Source: an uncultured Gammaproteobacteria bacterium (GTDB lineage: Bacteria > Patescibacteriota > Patescibacteriia > UBA9934). Taken from it: a stretch of 60,915 nt of DNA. Shown one piece after another: positions 27,101 to 34,287 of the stretch (its first letter is position 1; every line of letters begins with the position of its first letter). Location of the stretch: NCBI GenBank assembly GCA_964401485.1, contig CAYNYL010000001.1, positions 2,103 through 63,017 of the forward strand, given 5' to 3'. The notes under the pieces were generated by a model. It had not been told where the DNA came from and made no database searches. It saw only the letters and a list, made by a program, of their open reading frames with translations. The position numbers and the translations under genes are program-made.

Positions 27101-29835
27101 TCGTTTTGACACTCCTGTAGGCGCACTCCCCCGGCAGACTCAATCGCTTGATCCATTGATAAATTGAATTCGGCTCCAACCTCGATATTGACACATGCCT
27201 CGGTACAGCTTGCGAGCGGCCAAACTTGTACGACATACGGATCGGTAAAGTTCACTTCAAGTTGCGCTGAATCCGATTTTCGCGAAGTTCGCTCTTCGGC
27301 GACTACTTCCGTTCGCCCCTCGGAAAGCGCCGTCGCCACCGCGCACTGCTCACCGGTAATCATTGAACAAGCCCCCGCCTCAAGCGAAGCGACCGATTCG
27401 TCAATCGACCAGAACCAGTTCATGTCGTCACCGCGAAGAACTTGGCAGGTATTCGTTCCTGCAAATGCTCTAAATTCACTCGTTTCATTAAGCGCGTTAA
27501 GCGACTCGATCGCTGGAAGAACTCGAACACGATCAACCGCGCACAGCTCGGCGCTTTCTCGCGTTGTAAATGTAAACTGACTATCCGCACCCGCCAAAAT
27601 ACCCGTGTCGCTTTGAACATCCTTCGTTACAACAACGCGGTACACGGTTCCAGGCTCAAGCATCGCGCCATTTTTTGGCACCCAACTAAAAGCCGTTCGG
27701 TCAGGACTCGTCGAAAGCGACAACTCTCCATCGACTTTTTGACCGTTCGCACATCGTTCCGTTTGACAACGCTCGACGTAAATTGTCTCTCCTTCTTTAA
27801 GAGAGGATGGGAGCATTCGGGTCGTAAATTCTGCGTACACCTCCGCGTTCACACAGGCCCCATTTGTAAAGACATTGTTTGGGACAGCGCTTAAACGATC
27901 CTCGCTACAGGCAACGACAAGCGACGGAATATTTGCAAGATTTCCGGTTGAAAAATGCCACACGTAGGCAGATTCTCCTACGCCCGTGCTCGTTTCTCCC
28001 GCGCTTCCAACAGTAAAAGTCATTCGATTACTTTCCCGTCCATCCGCAAGCTCAACAAACACACCACCTGTTCGGGCATTCTCCGGAACGGTTGTTGTAA
28101 TTTGCGCATCAGACCACGACCTAACCGTTGCCGACACATCGTCCGCAAAGAAGAGCGAGGCGGTCGAAGCGCCAAATCCCGAACCGTGAACGATGACGTT
28201 CGCCCCCTGGAGCGCCTGCGTTGGAGAAAGCGCACAAATTCCTGGAGTTGGGGTTCCGGATGTGATGACAAATGGTAGTGTATTTGAAACGCGTCCGTCA
28301 TAGCGAACGAGGGTAAGCGTGTGCGGAGCCTCAACAACACGAAGTCCATTCGTGTAGCTACTTGGGACCATGACCGTAACCTGTGTCGAGGCCCAGTAAT
28401 CTTCAGAACAAGCTTCCGGGAACGTAACATCGGCAACGGCCGTATCTCCGGTAGAGACATTGGTAAAGCGAACCGTTCCGGTTCGAGCACCAAAGAACGC
28501 ACCGTTTAATGTCACATACTGCTTGATCGGACCTGCGCTTGGAGAAAGAGCCGACAAGACGGGCGCCCCCTCGGTTCCAGCACTCTCTGCACAGACGCCG
28601 TTTGTACACACGCCCGAAGAACAATCGCTATTTTGGGTACAGACTTCCCCACCGCAACTTCCACAAACACCCCCACAATCCTCTCCCGTCTCGCCCTCGG
28701 ACGGATCAATCACATTATTGTAACAATGAAGCGGACCAATCGACACACGAACCGTTTCCTCTACAGTATTTCCCGCTAAATCTTCAACCGAAATACCGAT
28801 TGTATACGGACTCGCATCTTGGTAACCCGTCGTATCCCAAGCAGAAAGAAGCGAGACCGCCTTCGGATCCTCCCCCGTTCCCGTAACAGAATCGATAAAC
28901 GCACCATCAACCGTAAACACTCCTACTGCAACACCCGCATCGTCGGTCGCATCAACACGAATCGGGGCAACCGCATTCGTCGCAAGCTGTGTACCAACGG
29001 TCGGAACAATAAACTCTGCTCGTGGATTCTCCGTATCCACAATCGACCCGCTCGTGAATTCAGCAAGACAACGCCCACCACTGCAATCAATGCGTTTTCC
29101 ATTTGCGCTCTTGAGCGTATTTTCGACCGTGACCGTGTAGGCCGTATTCTCTACAAAACAGCGTCGATCGGCATTCGGCTCCGGACAGAGAGCCTCGGGA
29201 ACAAACTTAAGACGATTACCGGAAACAGTTACCGTTCCAGGAACCACTTCACCCGTCGCCTTTGTACGAATAACAAGCGCATTATTTGCAGTACTTTCAT
29301 CAATCGTCCTTGAAAGCGTCGCGCTTACAACGATATTTCGAATCGCAACCTCTCCGGTCGGCTCAACCTTTGTTACAACAAATGTCGCCCCGGATCCACC
29401 GCCGAGACCACCGATTCCCCCGCCAGACCCGTCTCCACCCGGACCCCCCGAACCCGTTCCATTCGTCGCCCCAAGAATCGAGTTAAGAACAAAACTCGTA
29501 ATCGCAAATGACAAAAGAATAATTCCCAAACCAATTCCTGCCGAAATAAGAATCCGCTTCGCTCGCGCAATTTTCTCTTCATTTCCCCCACTCGTCATCC
29601 ACGTAAATCCTCCGTAAATCACAAGGACGAGCGCAACAACTCCAAGCATCCCAAGCGCCGCGCGAATCAAATTTGCGACAATCTCCGGAAGACTTGCGTC
29701 CCCAAATCCCGCGCGAGCGCCAACTTCCGCAACGCCGTCTGCCTGCGCAAGCGCCGGGACTGAATCGCCCAAAACCCCGCCGAAAAGGACGACGAGGAAT
29801 GTGAGTAGAAGAAATGAGAGAATGCGTTTAGACAT
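21115..29835 (-). CDS. Giant (2906 aa) pilin-fused surface adhesin: TrbC/VirB2-like pilin, Ig-like, IPT/TIG, DUF4215-like Cys repeats, pilin-like helix, vWA-like C-terminus
   Basis: YGGFTWMTSGGNEEKIARAKRILISAGIGLGII; LSPSAGP/LSPTQA IPT starts; at least 12 CG(N/D)G..C repeats; IVVDRTSQS...IILLSYG vWA-like region. Confidence 0.85.
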   Translation of the reverse strand: MSKRILSFLLLTFLVVLFGGVLGDSVPALAQADGVAEVGARAGFGDASLPEIVANLIRAALGMLGVVALVLVIYGGFTWMTSGGNEEKIARAKRILISAGIGLGIILLSFAITSFVLNSILGATNGTGSGGPGGDGSGGGIGGLGGGSGATFVVTKVEPTGEVAIRNIVVSATLSRTIDESTANNALVIRTKATGEVVPGTVTVSGNRLKFVPEALCPEPNADRRCFVENTAYTVTVENTLKSANGKRIDCSGGRCLAEFTSGSIVDTENPRAEFIVPTVGTQLATNAVAPIRVDATDDAGVAVGVFTVDGAFIDSVTGTGEDPKAVSLLSAWDTTGYQDASPYTIGISVEDLAGNTVEETVRVSIGPLHCYNNVIDPSEGETGEDCGGVCGSCGGEVCTQNSDCSSGVCTNGVCAESAGTEGAPVLSALSPSAGPIKQYVTLNGAFFGARTGTVRFTNVSTGDTAVADVTFPEACSEDYWASTQVTVMVPSSYTNGLRVVEAPHTLTLVRYDGRVSNTLPFVITSGTPTPGICALSPTQALQGANVIVHGSGFGASTASLFFADDVSATVRSWSDAQITTTVPENARTGGVFVELADGRESNRMTFTVGSAGETSTGVGESAYVWHFSTGNLANIPSLVVACSEDRLSAVPNNVFTNGACVNAEVYAEFTTRMLPSSLKEGETIYVERCQTERCANGQKVDGELSLSTSPDRTAFSWVPKNGAMLEPGTVYRVVVTKDVQSDTGILAGADSQFTFTTRESAELCAVDRVRVLPAIESLNALNETSEFRAFAGTNTCQVLRGDDMNWFWSIDESVASLEAGACSMITGEQCAVATALSEGRTEVVAEERTSRKSDSAQLEVNFTDPYVVQVWPLASCTEACVNIEVGAEFNLSMDQAIESAGGVRLQECQNELCLSFTRTVTDRARCIPSASGEPCKQIAFVLDGPLTADKYYRAVISGEAQSESGVSLTRLNYATDYSWVFKTKATNIECAVSRISLEPELRVLSEIGATQEYAVQAFGSGDSCSVAGQRLNADSVTWSWEQPIIDEEGVAEFVSPAGASLIDSDRGSIAPGCSASCLPLGSTALSAICGNGTIEVGEECEDGNGVSGDGCSSMCLREGADHIGICGDGTLNRGANGSGEDCDDGNTVSGDGCSSLCLNEGSRSSVGSACGNGSVGYLATLGGEDCDDGNRRSGDGCSSICLNEGSPSQLDVFAVCGNGRIESPYESCDDGNAVSGDGCSSSCVREGGNIVGFCGNNELDRTASGAGEDCDDGNKINGDGCSSSCLLEGSSLSYAVPAICGDGVQSVFEYPGCEVGLAGDGREDPLQLARIADGASARVSEETNRASATVRVAASAYNLADEASLTLTCSAQSDLDCSDPQTHGVGANACCSLRPTVTLYPNGQDVCRNASLYGTFTQEMSTTSFENNVFLVLSLNEVTNQTCPADHSILVEGDLVRGGGSIFGRAIRGLKLLVRGENVRAIEAGLCVLPISSVSQEANEDTTTDVSFHYRALLQPNAQYRLEVLSDRTTTNDRGEEVTVPGVKNALGVSMRSDAGTIFETGSEVCSLDQIEVSDTSRTNPGVFTATGERHVFKATPVSYSRGRRIPIEPIENVYDWTWGEWREDSRGEIVLVDEEAGPRAEIVAGNASGSAKVVAQAKITTSPGSDLNTTVAGTRTVTTSVCANPWPSRDLFPFIDDGSSKNAMIDEGAGWMNFSMHYCRDAGDRAVITDDLPSLSIIAPTDTESPTVLKEYLLRVNDDATNDAIGIRISANPTYLSPMEWYKAQGFTGSPTSRVLDGFEAVQDGRTVYVAAPNFTASRATYPNMYVISYNEGASEATRAIHEQILENFRFVTNLESTGLCFNDGEYTATTCSSNRDCNVSAGEVCADEKARLARDMRRLTDLRSVELALQSYATKNGRCSVTTDRACTSSLECPQGEQCVSAVPTVASGSFVRGLASSAWPTWSTPLGNEIGTTLPVDPLNSYASCGNSAYPNQDPSTCFDERTSHYICPNDSYVYHYRARGPFDYELTAELEYDEATWIYPIDVGNKNRLTVAGSNSIGDGFIGTSVMCEGAVYGETSLCGDGVVGSAEYCEIGQQGSAVPCDTNGDGTLDGLRAQICNATCSAFVANTSAACVPATCGNGVIDGVGEQCDDGAQNGEYGYCGASCTYATALYCGDGTVGAGEVCDCGDGTNGRAFGGGLCGGVANGEYGSNPAGTCAWDCSGPAPFCGNAVIEPGEQCDGNTESWDGKLCVRGVFAGMPCQSSDDCNGNSCGGPAIRNECPVSTVCVSGDPAKRGSICSVDADCSSAGAQDGDCSANPVQTTRTRICNDDGSAGDLCTWTTDRGYIGIECKGPITCGNGTLDAGEACDDGNGNNTDACTNECRLNVCGDGYVHSGIEACDAGDQNGEMCRSSYGSTCNYCSTSCQFVATSGAYCGDGIRNGGEYCDQSDIPYVFISEGGDIFSTCEPSQVGDGFIDQGTNYVCARVGMCNGGANNGSYCSPTSGTSFANCAIGGGVCEFGACDASCSLACPTSTSPSLLRISTNLSGSRTETSAEFNSYTTLSEGRSSLFTPTFGSLVVPACRVATTPVADIDFLFEGGDAKVAIVVDRTSQSGRRQPSRLSVEKDIATRIVNTVFADEDLDAKVALYSYPTTAPAARVSRDSVVCSADGFCGESSQTALLNLIQGYTSLSSSYGAGDMNSALSSAWRGLNTNWNGEKRAIILLSYGQHASGQGPDDALSSSYNLPQNGTLIESIRNDGVSVFTVSVEPNLFVSTPSPQANMVRWSSGYMNPGTGIDPDTGIDYAYTVQYTSNPPPLADGIEDMVTRLLASIRFLFIVNGVETNGIVREGNSVELPWPEGFTCDEDRSQTVPFRFYFDDETATGDPGTVRIQNVKFNICTP

Positions 29836-29836
29836 G

Positions 29837-31552
29837 TTAGCGGGTATGACAAGCCGTAGCCGTTGCTACACCATCACAGCAGTACGGTTTTGAAGGAGAA
29901 ACCCCACAGGATTCCCCGACAAGCCCCGGACCCTCCGACGGGAAGAAGCAATTTTGATAAAGATCTTGTACCTGATTTGTAACCTCGACCGCGTACGAGT
30001 GCGTTGTCTCAGGAGTCGATTCGAGGAAGACCCCGTGACGAATCGTCACCTGTGTCTTCACCGCCGACGCTCCGGAAGCGATCGCTCCACCCGCATCAAG
30101 CTCTTGTCGCGTCACGTTGTACCAAAGTTCATGATCAGGCGTTGGCGTTAAGAGGATCGAGTCGGAATGCAGGCTCGCACTCGACATCAACCCATCAAAA
30201 ACGATCGTTACCGGCGTATCAAGAAGGGTGTTTTCCGCCCGAATATCCGGAGAAATCGTTTCGATCGTTGGAGCCCCGCTTCGGACCGCGTCCGTCGTTC
30301 TAAACGCGAACAAGTAATCATCTCCCGCAACTCCATCTGCATCCCCGTCAAGCGCATTCCCCGTCATGTCAACGATTCCGTCCGCTGGGAACAAATCTAC
30401 CTGTGGCGGATTCGCTCCAACCGTTCCCGCATGCGCGGTCACCTCAATCGCCGAAGCGCCCGGGAGGCAGAACATCGTGGTTCCACATGCATTCACCCCA
30501 CAAACCGCCGTAGGCCTAAAGCTCACCGTCTTGTATCCGTTTGAAATCTCAAATGTTCCGTCGACCGGGGCTCCCGCGCTCGTCACCGTCAACCCATCAA
30601 ATCCCTCCGCGACAACTCCTGTTGCAGAAAGCGGGTCGATCGGTTCGGAGAAGTGGAACTCAACCGAAATATTCTTGTCATAGCTTCCGCCCGATCTTGG
30701 AAGCACTCCTTCAACCGTCGGAGGCGTCGTATCAAGCGTCGTTCCTACCGTGAAAAACCATCGGTATCCACCTGTCCCCAGAACCTTCTTTCCATCCGCG
30801 CTACGAATCGTATCGCGAAGCACCACCGTATACTGCATATCAGCGGTCGCAGAACCAAGAATCGGAGGCGTGATCGTTACCGTCTTATTTCCCGGCGCCA
30901 TCGCAACCCGGACATCTGTCGCCTTAAGCGCGCTATTCTCACCCTCGCGGGTAACGTAAATTTTTACATTTTCATCGTTCAAGGCCGTGGCACCATTTCC
31001 CGCTTCGTAGCCCTTGATAAACGACGCTGGATCCATTTCATTTGCAAATGTTACGAAGATCTTCGCATTGCGAGGAACATCGGTTGCTCCTCGACTTGGA
31101 TAATGATCCCGAATCGCACGCCCATAAGATCCAGAGTATGGCTCAAGAGACACCCCTCCCGAACCGTTCGAATTTCCGCCCCCACCAAATAGTCCCGACC
31201 CACCCGTCAACGCATTGAAGACAAACGTCGTAATCGCGTAGGAGAGAAGAATAATCGCAAGACCGATGCTTGCCCGAATAATCGTATTTTTCGCAACAAG
31301 AACCTTGTCATCATCGCCTCCCGCCGTCATCCAAAGAAACCCCGCATAAATCATCAATACAAGGAAAATGACCCCGAGGATCGAAAGAAACACGCGAATC
31401 AATCCACCGATAATCTCGGGAAGCGTCGCGTCCCCAAGACCCGCGGAAGAAGCGATATCGGCGAGCCCAAAAGACTGTGCGTGAACCGCCCCTGGAACCA
31501 CAACGACTCCGAGGAGAAAAAGGATCGACGAAAGGACAAGAATTTTCCTCAT
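29837..31552 (-). CDS. Pilin-like N-terminus plus SbsA/Big_5-type Ig domains
   Basis: YAGFLWMTAGGDDDKVLVAKNTI; YPSRGATDVPRNAKIFVTFANEMD; FHFSEPIDP. Confidence 0.85.
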   Translation of the reverse strand: MRKILVLSSILFLLGVVVVPGAVHAQSFGLADIASSAGLGDATLPEIIGGLIRVFLSILGVIFLVLMIYAGFLWMTAGGDDDKVLVAKNTIIRASIGLAIILLSYAITTFVFNALTGGSGLFGGGGNSNGSGGVSLEPYSGSYGRAIRDHYPSRGATDVPRNAKIFVTFANEMDPASFIKGYEAGNGATALNDENVKIYVTREGENSALKATDVRVAMAPGNKTVTITPPILGSATADMQYTVVLRDTIRSADGKKVLGTGGYRWFFTVGTTLDTTPPTVEGVLPRSGGSYDKNISVEFHFSEPIDPLSATGVVAEGFDGLTVTSAGAPVDGTFEISNGYKTVSFRPTAVCGVNACGTTMFCLPGASAIEVTAHAGTVGANPPQVDLFPADGIVDMTGNALDGDADGVAGDDYLFAFRTTDAVRSGAPTIETISPDIRAENTLLDTPVTIVFDGLMSSASLHSDSILLTPTPDHELWYNVTRQELDAGGAIASGASAVKTQVTIRHGVFLESTPETTHSYAVEVTNQVQDLYQNCFFPSEGPGLVGESCGVSPSKPYCCDGVATATACHTR

Positions 31553-31609
31553 AATTGCTCCTATTATAAACCAAAACGCGCAAGTTGCCTTGCGCGTGCT
31601 GTGGACGAC

Positions 31610-34234
31610 TTAGCGCCAAATTCGATACTTCTTTCCCTCTTTTTGATAGCGGAGATCAAATCCGTTCACCGCCTTGCCAAAAGGCATAGAAGAATACATC
31701 GACTCCGGTAAGACCAGTACTTTTTTCCCCCACTCTTTTCCGAAAATTTCCTCCACAAGAGCGGAAGACGCAATAGGCCGAAGAAGGAGCTGGTCAGCAT
31801 CATCAACACCCTCGGACACAACCCGATCAATCAAATAGATCGTATCCCTCCCAGAAAATTGAACGAGAGTCGTTCCGTAGGCCGGAATAAGCGACGATCC
31901 AATCGGAATACCAGCAACCATATCGTCCTCAAGAGTTTGAACGCGAGCACCCCATGTTTTCAATACCTGCTCATTATAGACTGGCCTTCGGGTCATGCTA
32001 TTGTCAATGTAGTAAACATCCGGGAGTGATTTTGAACGGACAAACGCGCCAACAGTAATCGTTTTTTCTCGATCAGCACCTACACCACTTCCAAAAAGAT
32101 CCTCCTCTTGATCCCCCGAAGCGGAACTACAATCCGAAGTATTTTTGAGCGAGACCGTATCAGTCATAGTTGGAGACTGATTGCCGTGGGCCGTTCGCAC
32201 GCGCGCATAGAGCGTGTAGTCTCCTTTTCTTGCCGGAAGAAGATACGTTGAGCGCATGACAGGATAATACCCGGTCCCGATACTTGGATCATCAACCATC
32301 GTCAACGAATTTTCGTCATACCGAGTCCACTGAGCTCCGATAAAATCCGGGTCATCCGAGATCACAACATCGGAAACATACTTTCCCCCAAACTCAACCT
32401 CAATCAAGCGTTCCGAGGAACAACCATCTCCGGAGATTGCAAAGTACGGTCGATTCGGGAATGTTTGGTTGGATTGCGACGGATAGAGCGTCGATCCGTC
32501 GGTTTGTGTATAGGCCGTTTTATTTCCTGCCTCGTCAGAAACGATCACGTTATAGGTATATGTGGTATTTGGCTGAAGTCCCGAGTGTGTATACGTCACA
32601 TCATCCGTTTGCGTCGAAAGGAGGGTTCCATTTGCCTCAATATCAGCAACCGAGTCTAAGTCGGCGCCATCTTCCGCAAAGTACACTTTGTACACGAGCG
32701 CCGATTGTGCGCTCGTTTCATCCGTCGATGCCGTCCAAGAAAGATCGGAGGAGAAAAAGTCTCCATCGACCGTAATCGCTCCCCCACCCCCAACCGTTGG
32801 AGAAGTCGAATCCCCATCCGGTACGCCGTCCATAAACATAACGTAAACCGCCCCCCGACCATTTCCACCATCATCGTCAGGATATACTCCCATCGCAAAA
32901 TCAACGATATCGTCTCCATCCAAATCTCCAATGGCACCAAGGTCTCCGGCACCGACCTGATCGCTCGCGTCTAGCGTAGCGGTAAAATTCCCCGAGGTCC
33001 CCGAGATTTTCGTATACCCGGCACCACTCGCCCCAGCGGTTGCGTCAAGCGTACCATCTGGATCCATGAACAAAACGTAAATCGCTCCTGCGGTACTGTT
33101 TTCGTCATCATCACTAAACGCGCCAACCGCAAGCTCCGGAACACCATCCCCGTTCAAATCTCCAATTGTCGACACAGCGGTCCCAAACCCATCTCCAGCC
33201 TCAAGTGGCCCAGATGGAAACCCTCCGACTCCGATTGCGATTTGCTGGTATGAGGAAATTGTTCCATTCGTATTCAAGAAAAAGACGTACACACATCCAG
33301 CGTTTAAAAGCCCGGTATCGTCGAGATACGCTCCAGCGGCGATTTCGTTTCGCCCGTCTCCATTAAGATCCCCAGCACTTCCGACCGCTACGCCAAATTG
33401 ATCCGAGCCAGTCCCTGCACCCGAAAGTACCCCGGAAAAACCCGTGGTCGTGTCACTAATTTTTGCAAATCCCGTCGTATTATCAAGAGTCCCATCCGCA
33501 TCAAGGAAAAAAATGTAGACCGCGCCCATATCCCCACCGCCATCATCATCATTTGGGGCACCGACGATAAGATCAACTACGCCATCTCCGTTTAAATCCC
33601 CAATCGAGTCAAGATATCCATTTCCGATTCGGTCATTTGCGTCGAGGGTTATCGTCCAGTCCCCAACATCATCAGAAATTTTCGACCATCCAGTTCCACT
33701 CACGCCCGCCGTTGCGTCAAGCGTTCCATCAGAATCGAGGAACAATACGTAAACCGCCCCGCGATTTCCAGCCGCTCCCCCGTCATCGTCCCCAGAAGCT
33801 GATACAGCAATATCCTCAACCCCATCCCCATTCAAATCTCCAAGCGCCGCAACTCCCACACCAAAGTTGTCTGAATCATCAATCACCGCATCAAAACCAC
33901 CATCCGTATCCGAGATTTTTTGATAACTCGCAACCGTTCCATTCGCGTTCATGAACAAAATATAGACCGCTCCGCGATTTGATCCACCATCGTCATCATT
34001 TTTTGCACCAACGACCAAATCAATCACTCCATCGTCATTCAAGTCCCCAATATTCGCAACCGAGGATCCGAAGTTATCACCATCATCAAGTGTCGCCGTA
34101 AACGTTCCGTCCGTGTCCGAAATCTTTTGATACGTCAGCACCTCACCGTCAGCCATGAAGGCAAAACGCCCAACGGTAAATACAAATACTGCCACCAACA
34201 AGGGTCCGAAAATTCCAGACAGAATTTTCCTCAT
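31610..34234 (-). CDS. FG-GAP/integrin-alpha-like repeat protein with FN3 and CPR surface module
   Basis: Six GDL(N/D)GDG..D/E...G repeats; LSWTASTD...LQPNTTYTYNV FN3; VRSKSLPDVYYI module. Confidence 0.85.
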   Translation of the reverse strand: MRKILSGIFGPLLVAVFVFTVGRFAFMADGEVLTYQKISDTDGTFTATLDDGDNFGSSVANIGDLNDDGVIDLVVGAKNDDDGGSNRGAVYILFMNANGTVASYQKISDTDGGFDAVIDDSDNFGVGVAALGDLNGDGVEDIAVSASGDDDGGAAGNRGAVYVLFLDSDGTLDATAGVSGTGWSKISDDVGDWTITLDANDRIGNGYLDSIGDLNGDGVVDLIVGAPNDDDGGGDMGAVYIFFLDADGTLDNTTGFAKISDTTTGFSGVLSGAGTGSDQFGVAVGSAGDLNGDGRNEIAAGAYLDDTGLLNAGCVYVFFLNTNGTISSYQQIAIGVGGFPSGPLEAGDGFGTAVSTIGDLNGDGVPELAVGAFSDDDENSTAGAIYVLFMDPDGTLDATAGASGAGYTKISGTSGNFTATLDASDQVGAGDLGAIGDLDGDDIVDFAMGVYPDDDGGNGRGAVYVMFMDGVPDGDSTSPTVGGGGAITVDGDFFSSDLSWTASTDETSAQSALVYKVYFAEDGADLDSVADIEANGTLLSTQTDDVTYTHSGLQPNTTYTYNVIVSDEAGNKTAYTQTDGSTLYPSQSNQTFPNRPYFAISGDGCSSERLIEVEFGGKYVSDVVISDDPDFIGAQWTRYDENSLTMVDDPSIGTGYYPVMRSTYLLPARKGDYTLYARVRTAHGNQSPTMTDTVSLKNTSDCSSASGDQEEDLFGSGVGADREKTITVGAFVRSKSLPDVYYIDNSMTRRPVYNEQVLKTWGARVQTLEDDMVAGIPIGSSLIPAYGTTLVQFSGRDTIYLIDRVVSEGVDDADQLLLRPIASSALVEEIFGKEWGKKVLVLPESMYSSMPFGKAVNGFDLRYQKEGKKYRIWR

Positions 34235-34287
34235 ACGACAAGTAGTATAGCAAAAGCCAGCCCTTTCGAGCTGGCGTTATGCACATC

